IMG/VR virus record: IMGVR_UViG_3300012948_000218
Location: 1 to 26,989 of that record
Reading direction: 5' to 3' (one strand)
Length of the DNA: 26,989 nt
From: a virus
Lineage: Duplodnaviria > Caudoviricetes
Below the pieces are notes generated by a model, which searched no databases, was not told the DNA's origin, and saw nothing but the letters and a program-made list of their open reading frames with translations. Position 1 is the stretch's first letter. Each line of letters opens with the position of its first letter. Both the position numbers and the translations under genes were made by a program. Of this stretch, positions 24,246 through 26,989 are shown piece by piece.

Positions 24246-25037
24246 GTGCCCACGTCATTGGGAGCGATTGTCGCACGGACACGGACGCAGATCCTTGCAC
24301 CGCTCGTGCAGTCCGGGGCGATCGGTCCTGACACCTTCTGGAGCGACGACGAACTGCTCGCGCACGTGGTCACGGGCTGTCGTGACCTCTGGCGCGCCCT
24401 GGTCGATCTCCATCAGGATCACTTCGTCAAAATCGACACGACAGTCGTTCTGCCCACTACTTCCGACACTCTGACGAACGTTCCGGCGGATCTGTTTCGG
24501 ATCCTGTTCCTGCAGCCGCTCGAGCCGAACGCGAGCGGCCAGCGGCCGATCCGCTTCCGCCGTGCGAGTCTGACGTCGGTCGATTTCACGAGCGCCCAGC
24601 TCCGCTCGCCGATCGATGTGACCGGCGACGCTGGCATTTTTTACTACGCGATCGTGAACGCCGGATCGCCTGTGACGCGGCCGGAGATTTACGTCGCGCC
24701 GCAGGCCAGCGGCGAGCTCGCGCTACGGCTCGTGTACGTGCCGACGCTGCCCGGTTCGCTCTCAGTGGACAGCATCAATCCGATCCCCGGTGAATCCGAT
24801 CAGGCGTTGATGGCATGGTGCGCGGCCTACGCGCTCGGCAAACAAGCCGATGGAACGTTCGCGCCCGACACGACCTGGCTGTCGATTTACGCGACGGAGA
24901 AGGACGCCATCAAGATCGTCAGTGAACCACGCGATGCCTCGACGCCGTCAATCGTCCGCGGCGTGTTCGACGACACCATCGGGCCGGGATTGAGCGGTTA
25001 CGGCGGCTTGGTCGATTACGACGGATGGTGGTGGTGA
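24246..25037 (+). CDS. Putative head-tail adaptor protein
   Basis: N-terminal LGAIVARTR...FWSDDELLAHV...CRDL and late YVPTLP...AL...AAYAL, typical of podovirus adaptors. Confidence 0.7.
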   Translation: MPTSLGAIVARTRTQILAPLVQSGAIGPDTFWSDDELLAHVVTGCRDLWRALVDLHQDHFVKIDTTVVLPTTSDTLTNVPADLFRILFLQPLEPNASGQRPIRFRRASLTSVDFTSAQLRSPIDVTGDAGIFYYAIVNAGSPVTRPEIYVAPQASGELALRLVYVPTLPGSLSVDSINPIPGESDQALMAWCAAYALGKQADGTFAPDTTWLSIYATEKDAIKIVSEPRDASTPSIVRGVFDDTIGPGLSGYGGLVDYDGWWW

Positions 25038-25041
25038 CGAG

Positions 25042-25308
25042 ATGCCGCCCGTCAAGGTGTATGGGATCGGATCCCTCGGTGTCAACGTCGATAACGATCC
25101 ATTCGCCGTCGATGATCGCGAGCTGCGGCAGGCGACGAACGCGATCGATGATCCGCTCGGCGGCGGTCTGTCGAACCGGCCTGGTCTAGCACCCTTCAAC
25201 CATGTCGCCGCGGCGGATGCGGTCCTCGGCGGCGTCGGTGTGCCGATTGCGAATCTCTCCGGATCCGGCACGCGGTTCTTCTACGTTGGTCGAGGACCGA
25301 CGAGCTGA
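25042..25308 (+). CDS. 88-aa protein resembling the N-terminus of tail nozzle / DNA-stabilisation proteins
   Basis: GVNVDNDP...DDRELRQATNA...GGLSNRPGL, directly after the adaptor. Confidence 0.55.
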   Translation: MPPVKVYGIGSLGVNVDNDPFAVDDRELRQATNAIDDPLGGGLSNRPGLAPFNHVAAADAVLGGVGVPIANLSGSGTRFFYVGRGPTS

Positions 25309-26989
25309 TGGCGATCACGTGGACGGAGAACGCGCTTCCGGCGACGACGCCTGCCAATAACAGCGGCATCTACGATGTCGTCTGGTCGCCGCAACTCAAT
25401 CTCTTCGTTGCGGTCGGCGAGAACATCAACACCCTCGCCTCGCTCGTCCTGACTTCCGCGAATGGTGTGACGTGGACGACGCGGACGGCTGCCGAGAGCA
25501 ACCGGTGGCGTGGTGTCACATGGTCACCAACCGTCAGCGGTGGCCTGTTCGTGGCCGTCGCGACGAACGGCACGCACCGCGTCATGACGTCGCCCGATGG
25601 CATCACATGGACGGCGCAGACGGCTGCGGCCGTCGCCGGATGGCGCGGCGTCGTGTGGGCCGCAGGGATCAGTAAATTCGTCGCGGTCGGCTCGACGTCC
25701 GTCGCGATGTATTCCTCCGACGGCGTCACGTGGAGCAGCGGCACGGGCGTGCCATCGAGCAAGACCTTCATCGGCGTCGCGTGGTCACCCTCGCTCGGCA
25801 TGGCCTGCGCGGTCGCTGCGACGTCTGGCACCGCCAGCATCATGACGTCCACGGACGGAATGGCGTGGACGGGACAGACGCATCCCTCGATCACCAACAT
25901 CACGAGCCTGAGCGGCAACTCGAGCATCGCGTGGTCACCGACGATCGGCATGTTCGCGGTGCCGGTCAAGACCGGCACCAGTTCGTGGGCAATTCTCACC
26001 TCGCCCGATGGCGTGAACTGGACGCAGCGCGCCCTCCCGACCGGTGGCGACATCAGCACAATCGTCAATGGCATGGTCTGGGACAGCGCGAGCAGCATCT
26101 TCAAGGCAGTCGGCGGGCAGACACAGCCGCGCTGTTTCTTCTCGTCATCCGACGGCATCACGTGGACTGCCGACGCCGATCCCAGCACGTTCTTCAATTA
26201 CGGCAATGGATCAGGCATCACCTTCTCACCGTCGTTGAACACGTATGTCGTCAACATCAACACATTTCAAGACGAGGTCATCACAGGCGTTGCATCGGCG
26301 CCGCTCGGCCTCTCACCGAATCATGGACCCACGACTGGCGGCACCGTCGTCACGATTACGGCGACGACTGGAACGTTCCCGGCTGGTGGTCAGTACCAAG
26401 TGTTCATGTATCCGTACCTTGAGCAGATGCTCAACCATCCGGCTCTTGGGGATATCGTCAACATCGGGAACGTCGGATCGCAGACGGCCACATGGGTAGA
26501 TGATCACACGCTGACGTTCACGACGCTGCCGTCCTACTACAATCAGCAGTCTCCGGGTGCGGTCTTCTGCGGTCCGGTAGATGTTATCGTCGAGAGTTTC
26601 AACGTCGCCGGCGGCGGCATTTACAAGATCCTCTTCGATTCCTCTAACGGTTACACCTACCAACTCCCGACACCGACAGTCGCGAGCATCAGTCCGACCA
26701 GCGGTCCAGCGATTGGCGGTACCTACGTCACGATCACCGGCACGAATTTTTCCTGCGTCACTTGCGGCAGTCCTGCGCTGCCACACGGCGGTGTCACTGC
26801 CGGGACGCTCGGCGGCACTGCTATTGTCAACCTGACGTGTGCCGGATCGGTCGGCGGCCTCGCCACCACGTTGAACGGCACGACGGATCAACACGCGTCA
26901 GGGCTAGTTGATCTCGTCATCACCAACTCGGACGGGCAATCGGTGACACTGGCGAGTGCGTATACCTACGTTGCCGCACCGACAGTCAC
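25308..26989 (+). CDS. Asp-box (BNR) beta-propeller plus IPT/TIG repeat protein, putative tail or receptor-binding protein; 3'-truncated and absent from the ORF track
   Basis: Open from ATG 25308 to the window end by hand translation. Six S-x-[DN]-G-x-x-W boxes with WSP...FVAV blades, then LSPNHGPTTGGTVVTI and SISPTSGPAIGGTYVTITGTNF. Confidence 0.88.
   Translation, partial: MAITWTENALPATTPANNSGIYDVVWSPQLNLFVAVGENINTLASLVLTSANGVTWTTRTAAESNRWRGVTWSPTVSGGLFVAVATNGTHRVMTSPDGITWTAQTAAAVAGWRGVVWAAGISKFVAVGSTSVAMYSSDGVTWSSGTGVPSSKTFIGVAWSPSLGMACAVAATSGTASIMTSTDGMAWTGQTHPSITNITSLSGNSSIAWSPTIGMFAVPVKTGTSSWAILTSPDGVNWTQRALPTGGDISTIVNGMVWDSASSIFKAVGGQTQPRCFFSSSDGITWTADADPSTFFNYGNGSGITFSPSLNTYVVNINTFQDEVITGVASAPLGLSPNHGPTTGGTVVTITATTGTFPAGGQYQVFMYPYLEQMLNHPALGDIVNIGNVGSQTATWVDDHTLTFTTLPSYYNQQSPGAVFCGPVDVIVESFNVAGGGIYKILFDSSNGYTYQLPTPTVASISPTSGPAIGGTYVTITGTNFSCVTCGSPALPHGGVTAGTLGGTAIVNLTCAGSVGGLATTLNGTTDQHASGLVDLVITNSDGQSVTLASAYTYVAAPTV

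Noticed and set aside
25308-26989. Sialidase activity or a diversity-generating retroelement target
   Set aside because: Asp-boxes alone are structural and no RIP/Arg-triad motif was recognised. No reverse transcriptase or TR/VR pair is in the window.
1-26989. tRNA, rRNA, integrase, alternative genetic code
   Set aside because: None recognised. Genes are full length in the standard code and use all three stop codons.

Overview
The window is a GC-rich stretch of a tailed dsDNA phage or prophage genome. It is probably podovirus-like, since no tail tube, sheath or tape measure is visible. No integrase, tRNA, rRNA or CRISPR array is seen. From left to right: (1) a non-coding left end, an Arg-repeat micro-protein and two small membrane or holin-like genes; (2) a leftward operon of small Zn-finger and DNA-binding genes with two apparent frameshifts and an 87-bp tandem duplication, headed by a ribbon-helix-helix (RHH) gene divergent from an HNH-like gene; (3) a leftward operon with an HTH replication initiator containing an iteron and GATC-rich origin, a clan GH-A-like hydrolase and a beta-helix protein; (4) a second RHH gene heading a rightward operon (DUF1064 nuclease, small hypotheticals) that runs into morphogenesis genes: terminase large subunit (TerL), portal, lytic transglycosylase, scaffold, major capsid protein, IPT/TIG and Ser/Thr-rich virion proteins, a GT29/GT42/Maf-like protein, a head-tail adaptor, a nozzle-like fragment and a truncated Asp-box propeller/IPT protein. 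The most striking observation is that the intact TerL has lost the expected acidic catalytic residues of its nuclease domain (D->H, D->N, D->L, D->K), carries variant ATPase motifs and has no recognisable TerS beside it. All protein calls come from motif recognition by eye, not database searches.
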